DNA of 38,316 nucleotides from NCBI GenBank assembly GCA_039932405.1, contig JBDTQC010000001.1:1-38316 (forward strand). The letters run 5' to 3'. The position numbers were made by a program, and so were the translations under genes. Source of the stretch: Ideonella sp. (lineage in GTDB: Bacteria > Pseudomonadota > Gammaproteobacteria > Burkholderiales > Burkholderiaceae_C). Positions 28,527 through 37,713 of this stretch are shown here, one piece after another. Numbering within the stretch: the first letter of the stretch is position 1; every line of letters begins with the position of its first letter. The notes beneath the pieces were generated by a model. That model did no database searches. It saw only the letters and a list, made by a program, of their open reading frames with translations, and was not told the DNA's origin.

Positions 28527-29936
28527 ATGCACATTCATATCCTCGGCATCTGCGGCACCTTCATGGGCGGGTTGGCCGCACTGGCGCGCGAGTCGGGGCA
28601 TCGGGTGACCGGCTGCGACGCCAGTGTCTATCCACCGATGAGCGACCAGCTGCGTGCGCTCGGCATCGAATTGATCGACGGCTACGGCGCCGATCAGCTG
28701 AAGCTGCATCCCGATATCTTCGTGATCGGCAATGTCGTTTCGCGCGGCAATCCGCTGATGGAGGCGATTCTCGATGCCGGATTGCGTTACACCAGCGGGC
28801 CGCAGTGGTTGGCCGAGCAGGTATTGCCTGGGCGGCATGTGCTCGCCGTCGCCGGGACCCATGGCAAGACGACAACCTCGGCGATGCTGGCCTGGATTCT
28901 CGAATGCGCCGGGCTCCAACCGGGATTCCTGATCGGCGGCGTGCCGGTCGATTTCAGCGTATCCGCACGCCTGGGCCAGTTGGATGGGCAGTCGATCCGA
29001 CCGTTCGTGATCGAAGCCGATGAATACGACACTGCTTTCTTCGACAAGCGCAGCAAGTTTGTCCACTATCACCCACGCACCGCCATCCTGAACAACCTCG
29101 AATTCGATCACGCAGACATCTTCGATGATCTAGCCGCCATCGAACGGCAGTTTCACCACCTGGTACGCACCGTTCCGGCCTCTGGCCGGCTGGTCGTCAA
29201 TGCCCGTGACGAGGCGCTGCAGCGGGTCTTGCAGATGGGCTGCTGGAGCGATGTGGTGCGGTTCGGAGCCCGCAAGGAAGCTCCGGGTCAACTGCGCTCG
29301 CGTGGCGAAGCGCAGGCATTCGATGTCCTGCGGGGTTCGATGAAGATTGCCCGCGTCGAATGGAATCTGCTCGGTGAACACAATCAGCTCAACGCCCTTG
29401 CGGCGATCGCGGCGGCCGAACACGTCGGTGTCGACGCCGAAGTGGCGGCCAACGCACTGGGCAGTTTCGGCAACGTGCGACGTCGGCTCGAGCTGCGCGG
29501 CGAGGTCGGCGGCATCACCGTCTACGATGATTTCGCGCACCATCCAACGGCCATCCATGCCACGGTCAATGGCCTGCGGCGCAAGCTCGACGCCTTGCAA
29601 AGTGCGCACGATCAGATCAGCACCCGGATTCTGGCCATCTTCGAACCTCGTTCGAATACGATGAAACTCGGCAGCATGAAAGCGCAGCTGCCGTGGGCAC
29701 TCGAAGAAGTCGACCTTGCCTTCTGCCACAGCAAGGGCCTTGACTGGGATGCTGCGCAATCGCTGGCACCGCTGGAAGTTCCGGTTGTGGTCAGCGACGA
29801 CATCGACCAGTTGGTGGCAAAGATTCTTGCTGCAGCACGGCCGGGCGACCACCTGCTGTGCATGAGCAATGGCGGGTTCAGCGGCATCCATGCCAGGCTG
29901 CTTGACGGGCTGGCCGCCCGGCAAGCTGCGCGCTGA
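28527..29936 (+). CDS. mpl: Murein peptide ligase
   Basis: MHIHILGICGTFMGGLA, VAGTHGKTTT, EADEYDTAFFDKRSKF, NNLEFDHADIF, DDFAHHPTAI, MSNGGF. Confidence 0.97.
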   Translation: MHIHILGICGTFMGGLAALARESGHRVTGCDASVYPPMSDQLRALGIELIDGYGADQLKLHPDIFVIGNVVSRGNPLMEAILDAGLRYTSGPQWLAEQVLPGRHVLAVAGTHGKTTTSAMLAWILECAGLQPGFLIGGVPVDFSVSARLGQLDGQSIRPFVIEADEYDTAFFDKRSKFVHYHPRTAILNNLEFDHADIFDDLAAIERQFHHLVRTVPASGRLVVNARDEALQRVLQMGCWSDVVRFGARKEAPGQLRSRGEAQAFDVLRGSMKIARVEWNLLGEHNQLNALAAIAAAEHVGVDAEVAANALGSFGNVRRRLELRGEVGGITVYDDFAHHPTAIHATVNGLRRKLDALQSAHDQISTRILAIFEPRSNTMKLGSMKAQLPWALEEVDLAFCHSKGLDWDAAQSLAPLEVPVVVSDDIDQLVAKILAAARPGDHLLCMSNGGFSGIHARLLDGLAARQAAR

Positions 29937-29943
29937 GCCGCCG

Positions 29944-30576
29944 ATGAAGACCGATTCCTCGACATCGACGGGCCCTCGCCTGGCCGTGCCGGTCACTCAC
30001 CTGCTTTATCTGCATGGTTTCCGCTCGTCGCCACTCTCCACCAAGGCGCAGCAGATGGCGCACTGGGTTGCCCGGCATCGACCAGAGGTGGTCTGGCGCT
30101 GTCCGCAACTGCCCGCTTCGCCGGCGTCCACGCTGACGATGCTTCGAACCCTGATGTCCGGTTGGCCGGCGGCCGGCAGCGCGATCGTCGGCAGCTCGCT
30201 TGGCGGCTTTTATGCGACGGTCCTCGGCGAGGAGCTGGCTTGCCGAACACTGCTGATCAATCCGGCCATCGACCCGGCACGCGGTCTCGCAAGCGCAGTC
30301 GGCAGCACAACGATGTGGCACAGCGCCGAGCCATTCGAATTTCGAGCCGAATATGTCGACGAGCTGCGGCAGATGACGCCGACCGATCTGTTCAACCTGC
30401 AACAGACGTGGGCCTTGATCGCCAAGGGCGACGAGGTGCTCGACTGGCGAGAAATGACAGCCCGCTATCCGTCGGCCCGGATCACGCTGCTCGAAGGCGG
30501 AGACCACGCATTCAGCGGTTTCGCTGACCATCTGCCCCAGATCGCCGAGTTTTTCGGCTGGGCGACGATGCCCTGA
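29944..30576 (+). CDS. YqiA/YcfP family alpha/beta esterase
   Basis: LLYLHGFRSSP.S.KA, GSSLGGFYA, INPA, GDEVLDW, GGDHAF. Confidence 0.9.
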   Translation: MKTDSSTSTGPRLAVPVTHLLYLHGFRSSPLSTKAQQMAHWVARHRPEVVWRCPQLPASPASTLTMLRTLMSGWPAAGSAIVGSSLGGFYATVLGEELACRTLLINPAIDPARGLASAVGSTTMWHSAEPFEFRAEYVDELRQMTPTDLFNLQQTWALIAKGDEVLDWREMTARYPSARITLLEGGDHAFSGFADHLPQIAEFFGWATMP

Positions 30577-30588
30577 TCGCGTGCCGGC

Positions 30589-30774
30589 TCACATCATCTC
30601 GATGAGCCGCTGCACGAACAAGACCGCAAAGAACAGCAAGGCGCTACCCACCGTCCAACTGATGATCTGCAGACCGAGGCGGCGCCAGCGAACTTCGCCG
30701 CTCCAGATATAGCGGGCAAAACAGAACAAGCCAGCCAGCAGCCCGAGAAAGATCAGCGCGCGAAAAATCACCAT
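30589..30774 (-). CDS. Small two-TM hypothetical membrane protein (61 aa)
   Basis: MVIFRALIFLGLLAGLFCFARYIWSGEVRWRRLGLQIISWTVGSALLFFAVLFVQRLIEMM. Fills the gap downstream of lpxC. Confidence 0.7.
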   Translation of the reverse strand: MVIFRALIFLGLLAGLFCFARYIWSGEVRWRRLGLQIISWTVGSALLFFAVLFVQRLIEMM

Positions 30775-30799
30775 CGATTCAATGCGAACACGACACGGT

Positions 30800-31735
30800 T
30801 CACCATGCCGGCGCCAGCTCGGCCAGGCCGGGCGGCGCCTTGGCGGCATCGTCGAAGCTGACGATCTCGTAGGAGTCGGGGGTGTCGAGCAAGGCACGCA
30901 ACAGCAGATTGTTCAACGCGTGACCGCTCTTGAACGCACTGTAGGCGCCGATCAGTGGATGGCCGAGCATGTACATGTCGCCGATTGCATCCAACATCTT
31001 GTGCTTGACGAATTCATCGCCGTAGCGCAACCCGCCGGCATTCAGCACTTTGTGGTCATCGACGACAACCACGTTGTCCATGCTGCCGCCCAGACCGAGG
31101 CCGCGTGAACGCATCATTTCGACGTCCTTGGTGAACCCGAAGGTGCGGGCACGCGCAATTTCACGCTTGTACAAGCCGCTGCCCATGTCGAACACGACAT
31201 GTTGGCCGGTCTGGCTGACGGCCGGGTGATCGAAGTCGATCTCGAAGGTCAGCTTGTAGCCCTCGAAGGGTTCCAGGCGGGCCCACATCAATCGCTTGCC
31301 TTCGCCCTCGCGCACTTCGACTTGCCGCTTCACGCGGATGAACTTCTTGGGTGCCTGCTGCAATTCAATCCCGGCGCTTTGCAGCAGATAGACGAAAGAT
31401 GCCGCCGAGCCGTCGAGAATGGGCACTTCCTCGGCGGTGATGTCGACGATCAGGTTGTCGATGCCAAGCCCGGAACACGCCGACATCAGGTGCTCGACGG
31501 TCTTGACCTTGGGCGCACCCGGATCGCCGCCAGGCGACAAGGCAGTGGCGAGCCGGGTGTCGCAGACCGCGGTGGCGCTGACCGGGATCTCGACCACCTG
31601 CGGCAGATCGACGCGGCGAAATACGATGCCGCTGTCGATCGGCGCCGGCTTCAATGTCATCTCGACCCGCTGGCCGCTGTGCACACCGACGCCGATTGCG
31701 CGCGTCATGGATTTCAGGGTACGTTGCGCGAGCAT
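30800..31735 (-). CDS. lpxC: UDP-3-O-acyl-N-acetylglucosamine deacetylase
   Basis: [51 protein letters not shown]. Confidence 0.97.
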   Translation of the reverse strand: MLAQRTLKSMTRAIGVGVHSGQRVEMTLKPAPIDSGIVFRRVDLPQVVEIPVSATAVCDTRLATALSPGGDPGAPKVKTVEHLMSACSGLGIDNLIVDITAEEVPILDGSAASFVYLLQSAGIELQQAPKKFIRVKRQVEVREGEGKRLMWARLEPFEGYKLTFEIDFDHPAVSQTGQHVVFDMGSGLYKREIARARTFGFTKDVEMMRSRGLGLGGSMDNVVVVDDHKVLNAGGLRYGDEFVKHKMLDAIGDMYMLGHPLIGAYSAFKSGHALNNLLLRALLDTPDSYEIVSFDDAAKAPPGLAELAPAW

Positions 31736-31744
31736 GCGGGCATT

Positions 31745-33529
31745 CTAGGGTTGGCCGGGCGGATCCGGACGACTGGTGGCTTTGCCGGCCGGCTCCGGCG
31801 CGCGTGTGGTCAGCGCGAGCAGCAGTTCGAGTTCGACCAGGCTGTCGGCCTCGTGCAACGGCTTGTCGTCGCGGATGCGGAGCATGCGCGGGAAGCGCAC
31901 CGCGATGCCACTCTTGTGGCGCGCGCTGCGGTTGATGCCTTCGAAGCCGAGTTCGAACAGCAGCGTCGGCCGCACACTTCGTACCGGACCGAACTTGTCG
32001 ACCGTGCTGGCGCGGATCTGCCGGTCGACGCGGGCAAATTCGGCATCGGTGAGTCCGCTGTAGGCCTTTGCAAATGGCACCAGTTGCAATGCCCCGTCGA
32101 TCGGCGGGCGCCGCGCGGCGATTGCATCGGCCACCGCCTGCGCCTCCGCGGCATCGGCCGGCCGCCGGTTCCACACCGCGAAGGTGTAGTCGGTATAGAC
32201 GCTGGCACGGCGCCCGTGCCCGGCTTGCGCATAGATCAGCACCGCGTCGATGCTCAGCGGATCGATCTTCCACTTCCACCAGGTGCCAGCATCGAGCCCG
32301 ACCTGCTTGCGGCGCCCTTGACCATAGCGCGCCCGTCGGTTCTTCAGCATCAAGCCCTCGACCCCGCGGCTGCGCGACTGCTCGCGAAGACTTGCCAATT
32401 CGCTCCAGTCGCGGCCGATCAACAGCGGCGAAAGCCGCAGTCCGATGGCCAAGCCGCTGTCAGCGAATTGCTCGAGCGCTTCGCGACGCTGCGATTGCTC
32501 CAGGTTGCGAAGGTCGCGGCCGGCCAACGCCAGCAGGTCGTAGGCAATCAAGCCGGCCGGCAGGTCGGCCAGGATCTTGCGGGTCAACGTCTTGCGGCCA
32601 ATGCGCTGCTGAAGCAGCGCAAACGGCGCTGCGGAATCGTCTTTCCAGATCACGATTTCACCGTCGACGATCGTCCCTTCGGGCCAGTCCTGCGCCAGCG
32701 CGACTACTTCCGGGAATCGATCGGTGATCAATTCCTCACCGCGCGACCAGATCCAGGTCTGGCCACCCTGGCGAACCACCTGGGCCCGGATGCCGTCGTA
32801 TTTCCATTCGATCTGCCAATCACTGCTCGGGCCGAGCTTCGATTCGAAGTCGGCCGTCGCCAGCTCGATCGGGTGGGCCAGGAAAAACGGCAAAGGCTGA
32901 CCGCTGGCGACTGCGAGATCCGCACTAGCCAGCGCCTGTGTCGGCGCGACGAGCCGTTCGAAGGCGGCAGCGTCGGGCCGGGCCAGCTTGTCGGTATATC
33001 CCATCATGCGCTGAGCGACCAGCTTCGCATCGAGCTCGGCGTGCTCGGCCAGCGCGCGCTGCACCAGCAGCTTGCTGACACCCACCCGGAACCCGCCGCC
33101 GATCAGCTTGCTGAGCAGAAAGCGGCCACTGGCATCGAGCTCGTTCCAATAGCCGGCGATCGCATCGGCCTGTTGCTCCGGTGCGAGCTCGCGAAGCGGC
33201 AGCAGGCAGTCCTCGATCCAGCAGGCAAGCCCACGATCGCTGGCGTGCTCAGGCGGAGGCAGGATCAGTGCAATCGTCTCGGCAAGGTCACCGACCGCCT
33301 GGTAACACTCCTCGAACAGCCAATCGTCGATGCCGGCGCGTTGGCAGGCGAGCGTGCGCAAGACGCGGGTCGAGACGGTCTGGCGCGGCTTGCCACCGGC
33401 CAGAAAATAGATGGCCCAGGCGGCATCAGCCGGCGCGGCACCCTCGACATAGCGGCGCAGCGCCGCCACCTTGTCGGCTGTCGAGGTGCTGGCGTCAAGC
33501 GCCCGAAACAACGCGGCGAAGCGCCGCAT
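31745..33529 (-). CDS. ATP-dependent DNA ligase (ligase-associated DNA damage response type)
   Basis: VGDLAETIAL, EWKYDGIRAQ (adenylated Lys), VDGEI, EGLMLK, WWKWK, FELGFEG, RFPR. ATG overlaps the USP stop (TGATG). Confidence 0.95.
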   Translation of the reverse strand: MRRFAALFRALDASTSTADKVAALRRYVEGAAPADAAWAIYFLAGGKPRQTVSTRVLRTLACQRAGIDDWLFEECYQAVGDLAETIALILPPPEHASDRGLACWIEDCLLPLRELAPEQQADAIAGYWNELDASGRFLLSKLIGGGFRVGVSKLLVQRALAEHAELDAKLVAQRMMGYTDKLARPDAAAFERLVAPTQALASADLAVASGQPLPFFLAHPIELATADFESKLGPSSDWQIEWKYDGIRAQVVRQGGQTWIWSRGEELITDRFPEVVALAQDWPEGTIVDGEIVIWKDDSAAPFALLQQRIGRKTLTRKILADLPAGLIAYDLLALAGRDLRNLEQSQRREALEQFADSGLAIGLRLSPLLIGRDWSELASLREQSRSRGVEGLMLKNRRARYGQGRRKQVGLDAGTWWKWKIDPLSIDAVLIYAQAGHGRRASVYTDYTFAVWNRRPADAAEAQAVADAIAARRPPIDGALQLVPFAKAYSGLTDAEFARVDRQIRASTVDKFGPVRSVRPTLLFELGFEGINRSARHKSGIAVRFPRMLRIRDDKPLHEADSLVELELLLALTTRAPEPAGKATSRPDPPGQP

Positions 33530-33951
33530 CAATCGTCGGCGTCGACCACCTTGACCAGCGTGACCGGCACCGGTGAATGCTTCAGCAGCGCCGAGGCAAC
33601 CGACCCTGGCGAGCCGGCGCCGCTGCCCATCACCACGGCATCGCAGCCATAGTTCTCGATCATTTCGACCAGCAGATTGCCCGGGTCACCGCCGACGACC
33701 TCGCTTTCCCACTGCGCGCCGGCCGCCTGCAACAGCGCTTCGGCGCCGGACAACAGGTCGGCGCCGGCATCGCGGCGCACCTCGGACAGGACTTCGGCGT
33801 CGTGGGCCACGACGATTTCGTACAGCGACGGGTGCACCTGCACATTGGCCAGGACAAAGGTCGCTTGCAGACCATCGGCCTGCAGGCGAAGTGCATGGTG
33901 CACCGCGGCCAGCGAGGCCGCCGAACCGTCGATGGGCAGCAGGATTTTCAT
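33529..33951 (-). CDS. Universal stress protein (UspA family)
   Basis: MKILLPIDGS..S..A, GDPG, CDAVVMGS, GSVASALLKHSPVPVTLVK. Confidence 0.9.
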   Translation of the reverse strand: MKILLPIDGSAASLAAVHHALRLQADGLQATFVLANVQVHPSLYEIVVAHDAEVLSEVRRDAGADLLSGAEALLQAAGAQWESEVVGGDPGNLLVEMIENYGCDAVVMGSGAGSPGSVASALLKHSPVPVTLVKVVDADD

Positions 33952-33982
33952 GATCGGATCCGGAATTCAGAGATGCGCGAGC

Positions 33983-35062
33983 TTACCCGCCATGGCCGCC
34001 ACCGCCCGCGCCGTCGCTATCTGGCGTTGCGACATCTTCTGGTTCGTCGCCGTATTCGGTGCTGAAACTGCCCGCCTGCAGGCCCTGCTGCTGCAACCAC
34101 CGAACCATCACAGCCTCGTAGCCGTGGGTGACGATGACACGCTCGGCACCGGTGGCTCGAATCGTCTGCTGCAGCCCGGGCCAATCGGCGTGGTCCGACA
34201 TCACGAAGCCGCGGTCGACGCCGCGGCGTCGCCGCGCGCCGCGCAACTGCATCCAGCCACTCGCGAAGGCATCGCTGGCATCGCCGAGCCGGCGCGCCCA
34301 GGCGCTGCCATGCACAGACGGCGGGGCGATCACCAAGGCGCGGCGCATCTCGTCTGCAGCCAGCTCGTCGATTGCCGCCGTCGCCGGCAATGCAACACCG
34401 GCAGCTCGGTAGGCCTGATTCAGGTTGGCAACCGCACCATGAACGACCAGCGGTCCGATTGACGCCTCGACCCCGGCCAGGATTCGCTGGGCCTTGCCGA
34501 AGCTGTATGCCAGCAGCAGGCTGGGCCGGCCGACTTGCGCATTCGCAGCCCACCAGCCATTGATATCAGCCAGGATTTCGGCCTGACGCTGCCAGCGATA
34601 GATTGGCAGGCAGAAGGTGCTTTCGGTAATGAAACATTCGCAGCGAACCACTTCGAACGGCGCACAGGTCGGATTGGCATCGGCCAGGCCGTCACCGGCG
34701 CCACTGACGAAATAGTCCCCCGACGCAACCCAGACCCGGCCCCGATGTTCGATCCGCAACTGCGCCGAACCGAGCACATGACCGGCCGGATGCAGGCTGA
34801 TGGTGACGCCATTGATCGACAGAGCGTGACCGTAGTCGAGCGTCTGCAGATCGATGTCGCCCAGGCGGGCACGCAACACACCGGCCGACCCGACTGTTGC
34901 GAGATAGTGTGAATGACCGACCCGCGCATGATCGGCGTGGGCATGGGTGATCACCGCCCGCTCGACCGGCCGCCAGGGATCGATGTGGAAATTGCCGGCC
35001 GGGCAGAACAGGCCCTCGGGTCGCGCCACCACCAGATCATCGAGAACAGGCATGGGGTTCAA
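33983..35062 (-). CDS. Ligase-associated DNA damage response exonuclease (MBL/beta-CASP)
   Basis: IDPWRPVERAVITHAHADHAR, AGHVLGSAQ, SGDY, ESTF, YSFGKAQR, ASGWM, SDHADW, VTHG. Start is TTG 35062 or ATG 35053. Confidence 0.93.
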   Translation of the reverse strand: MNPMPVLDDLVVARPEGLFCPAGNFHIDPWRPVERAVITHAHADHARVGHSHYLATVGSAGVLRARLGDIDLQTLDYGHALSINGVTISLHPAGHVLGSAQLRIEHRGRVWVASGDYFVSGAGDGLADANPTCAPFEVVRCECFITESTFCLPIYRWQRQAEILADINGWWAANAQVGRPSLLLAYSFGKAQRILAGVEASIGPLVVHGAVANLNQAYRAAGVALPATAAIDELAADEMRRALVIAPPSVHGSAWARRLGDASDAFASGWMQLRGARRRRGVDRGFVMSDHADWPGLQQTIRATGAERVIVTHGYEAVMVRWLQQQGLQAGSFSTEYGDEPEDVATPDSDGAGGGGHGG

Positions 35063-36405
35063 TACCGGCCGGTAGCGCCCGCCACACGCAGGTAGACATG
35101 GGCAACCCAGGCTACCAGCGCGCGGCGCAGGATCGCGAAGACACCCGAGCTGCGACCGGTCAACGGATCGATCTCGCGCGAGACCGCCAGCGCCGCCTCG
35201 AAATGTCGGTCCAGCTCGGCGCTGAACCCCGCATCCCGCACGATCACGTTGGCCTCGAGATTGAGCAGCAGCGACAAGGGATCGATGTTCGAGCTGCCGA
35301 CCGTGGCCCAGTCGTCATCGACGATCGCCACCTTGGCGTGCAGAAAGGCCGGCATGTATTCGTAGACCCGAACCCCACTGACGAGCAGTTCGTCGTACAA
35401 GGCCTGGGCAGCAAGTCCGGCAATGCGGTAGTCGAGCTTGCCCTGGAACAGCACCCTGACCCGCACGCCACGATTGGCGGCTTCGCGCAGCGTGCGCCGG
35501 AATGTCGAGCCAGGGTAGAAATAGGGCGAGATCAGATCGATTCGCTCGCGTGCGCTGCGCAGCGCAGCGATGTAGCTGCGCTCGATGGTGCGACGCTGCC
35601 GAAGGTTGTCGCGCACGACGAACGCCGCCTCCATCGGCTCGACCGGGCCGGCAACGGCACGCAGGCCACCACCGCGCGGCATGCGCAACTGACGGAACAG
35701 CCGACGCAGGCGCAGCAGTGGCTCGCCGCTGCGTGCCAGCGCGCGCAATTCGTCGCGGAAATCACCGCCCAGCCAGGCCCGCGTCCACAAGGCGCGTGCC
35801 GCCTGCTCGACTTGCGAAACCACCGGCCCGGTTACCTGGACTGCAAAATCAAGTCGAGGCAGTTCGCTGAGTCCATGCCGCAAGTCGTGCCGGTCGTCGA
35901 TGATGTTGATACCCCCGACAAACGCGACCTCGCCGTCGACCACGCAAAGCTTCTGGTGCAGACGGCGCAACTGGCCCGGTTGCAGCCACGACCACCAGCG
36001 GTATACCGGACGAAAGATGGCCAGCGCGATGCCCTGCCCCCGATCTCCCGTCATCCGCGATTGCAGCAGCGGGATCGCCGCCTTCGATCCGAAACCGTCG
36101 ACGACCACTCGCACACTGACACCGCGTTGCTGCGCTACCTCGAGGGCATCGATCAATGCAGCACCGGCTGGGTCGTCGTTGAAAATATACGTGGCAATCC
36201 AGATGTCGCGGCGCGCCCGCTCGATCGCTGCACGCATCGCCGGAAACAACTCATCGCCACCTTGCAACAGGTCGATCTGATTGCCGCTGCTGAATACGGC
36301 ACGCGGCAGCGCCGTCCACGAGACGCCGGGTGGCAGTGAGACGGCGCCGGGCAACTGCGCGGATCGGTGTTGACGCGCAGCCTCGCCCGAATGGCGATCA
36401 GGCAT
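35059..36405 (-). CDS. clsB: Cardiolipin synthase ClsB-like (two PLD HKD motifs)
   Basis: RRLHQKLCVVDGEVAFVGGIN and LHAKVAIVDDDWATVGSSNID. Follows a YbhP-like gene, as in ybhP-clsB. Confidence 0.9.
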   Translation of the reverse strand: MPDRHSGEAARQHRSAQLPGAVSLPPGVSWTALPRAVFSSGNQIDLLQGGDELFPAMRAAIERARRDIWIATYIFNDDPAGAALIDALEVAQQRGVSVRVVVDGFGSKAAIPLLQSRMTGDRGQGIALAIFRPVYRWWSWLQPGQLRRLHQKLCVVDGEVAFVGGINIIDDRHDLRHGLSELPRLDFAVQVTGPVVSQVEQAARALWTRAWLGGDFRDELRALARSGEPLLRLRRLFRQLRMPRGGGLRAVAGPVEPMEAAFVVRDNLRQRRTIERSYIAALRSARERIDLISPYFYPGSTFRRTLREAANRGVRVRVLFQGKLDYRIAGLAAQALYDELLVSGVRVYEYMPAFLHAKVAIVDDDWATVGSSNIDPLSLLLNLEANVIVRDAGFSAELDRHFEAALAVSREIDPLTGRSSGVFAILRRALVAWVAHVYLRVAGATGRY

Positions 36406-36438
36406 GCGTCGCGATCCTTCCCATGGCGTGATCCCGCT

Positions 36439-37221
36439 TCAGTCTGGCAGCAGCTCGGCGATCAGCGGCAAGTGATCGGACATGCGGGCCCATGCCTTGC
36501 CACGCGGCACGAAACTGTGCTGACACGAAAAGCCGCGGCAATAGATGCGATCGAGCGAAAAAATCGGCACCCGCGACGGAAACGTGAGATTGGCCAGTGC
36601 GCCAGCCGATGACGCACGCGTGAGCCCCATCTCGCGCATCGGAAGATCGAGCTTCTCACCCCAATCGTTGAAATCGCCGGCCAGCAGCAAAGGTTCGCCG
36701 CGCGGCACCACATTTTCGATGAAATCGGCGATTCGTTGCACTTGTCGAACCCGAGTCGAGTGCGTCAAACCGAGGTGGGCGACCACCGCGTGCAGGATCC
36801 CGCCGCCCCATTGCACTGGAACATGCAGCAGCCCACGTTGCTCGAAGCGGTGATCGGAAACATCGTGATGGCCGATATCACCCAAGGGCCAGCGCGACAG
36901 CAGAGCATTGCCATGCTCGCCAAACCGCGTAACCGCATTGGACCGGTAGGCCACCGAATATCCCTCGGGTGCAAGAAAGTCGGCCTGCGCCTTGTCCGGC
37001 CAGCCGAACGAGGTGCGCGCGAATCGCTTGGCTTCGCCGTGGTGAAAACTGCGCACTTCCTGCAAGAAGATCAAGTCGGCGTCGAGCGCCTCGATGCCAA
37101 GGCCCAGGTTGTGGATCTCCAGGCGCTTGCGCGGACCGACGCCGCGCACCCCCTTGTGAATGTTGTAGGTTGCCACGCGCAATCCGGACCCGGGTTGCAT
37201 CGTCGAAGGAGAAGGTCGCAT
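36439..37221 (-). CDS. Endonuclease/exonuclease/phosphatase family protein (YbhP-like)
   Basis: ATYNIHKG, LQEV, HGNALLSR, HLGL, AGDFNDW, LDRIY, SDHLP. Start is 37221 or 37200. Confidence 0.9.
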   Translation of the reverse strand: MRPSPSTMQPGSGLRVATYNIHKGVRGVGPRKRLEIHNLGLGIEALDADLIFLQEVRSFHHGEAKRFARTSFGWPDKAQADFLAPEGYSVAYRSNAVTRFGEHGNALLSRWPLGDIGHHDVSDHRFEQRGLLHVPVQWGGGILHAVVAHLGLTHSTRVRQVQRIADFIENVVPRGEPLLLAGDFNDWGEKLDLPMREMGLTRASSAGALANLTFPSRVPIFSLDRIYCRGFSCQHSFVPRGKAWARMSDHLPLIAELLPD

Positions 37222-37225
37222 GCGC

Positions 37226-37711
37226 TCAGCCGGAAAATCGAGGAAGCTGCAGTATCGCCTCGGCGTTCGAAGGGGAGAAGCAGCGGTCGGCTGCTGCTCG
37301 CCAGTCGAGCCACTCGTGGCGCAGGTGTTCGCGCGGTGCCAGGCGAATCGGGATGTCGCGCGGCACGCGCAAACCGAATACATGTTCGGTGTTGAACATC
37401 ACCCCATCCGCATAACGGTGTCGCCAGTGCGGATAGATCGGGTAGACGTTGGACAGTTGCCAGTTTTGCAGCGCTGCGAACGGCACCTGTGGCGAGCCGA
37501 TCACGATCCCGGTTTCTTCGCCAACCTCTCGGGTCGCGGTGGTCACCAGATCTTCGGTGATCGAATCCTTCGAGCCTGTGACGCTCTGCCAGAAGCCGGG
37601 ATGATCGCTGCGCTCGATCAGCAAGACCTGGTGGTCATCGGTATGGATGACCACCAGCACGCTCTCGGGAATCTTCGGTTGACGAGCGGCCGAGATTTCC
37701 GGTGCTGACAT
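37226..37711 (-). CDS. nudB: Dihydroneopterin triphosphate diphosphatase (Nudix)
   Basis: KIPESVLVVI, FWQSVTGS, REVGEETGI, NTEHVF. Downstream of aspS, as usual. Confidence 0.93.
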   Translation of the reverse strand: MSAPEISAARQPKIPESVLVVIHTDDHQVLLIERSDHPGFWQSVTGSKDSITEDLVTTATREVGEETGIVIGSPQVPFAALQNWQLSNVYPIYPHWRHRYADGVMFNTEHVFGLRVPRDIPIRLAPREHLRHEWLDWRAAADRCFSPSNAEAILQLPRFSG

Positions 37712-37713
37712 GC

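Noticed and set aside
31199-33652. 817-aa plus-strand ORF opposite the ligase and lpxC
   Set aside because: Antisense shadow of high-GC coding sequence. It has no motifs, and the minus strand carries clear genes.
34608-34625. ESTFCLP in the exonuclease where homologues usually have ESTFGLP
   Set aside because: A single-base difference (TGC versus GGC) that cannot be told apart from polymorphism or sequencing error. The catalytic motifs are intact.
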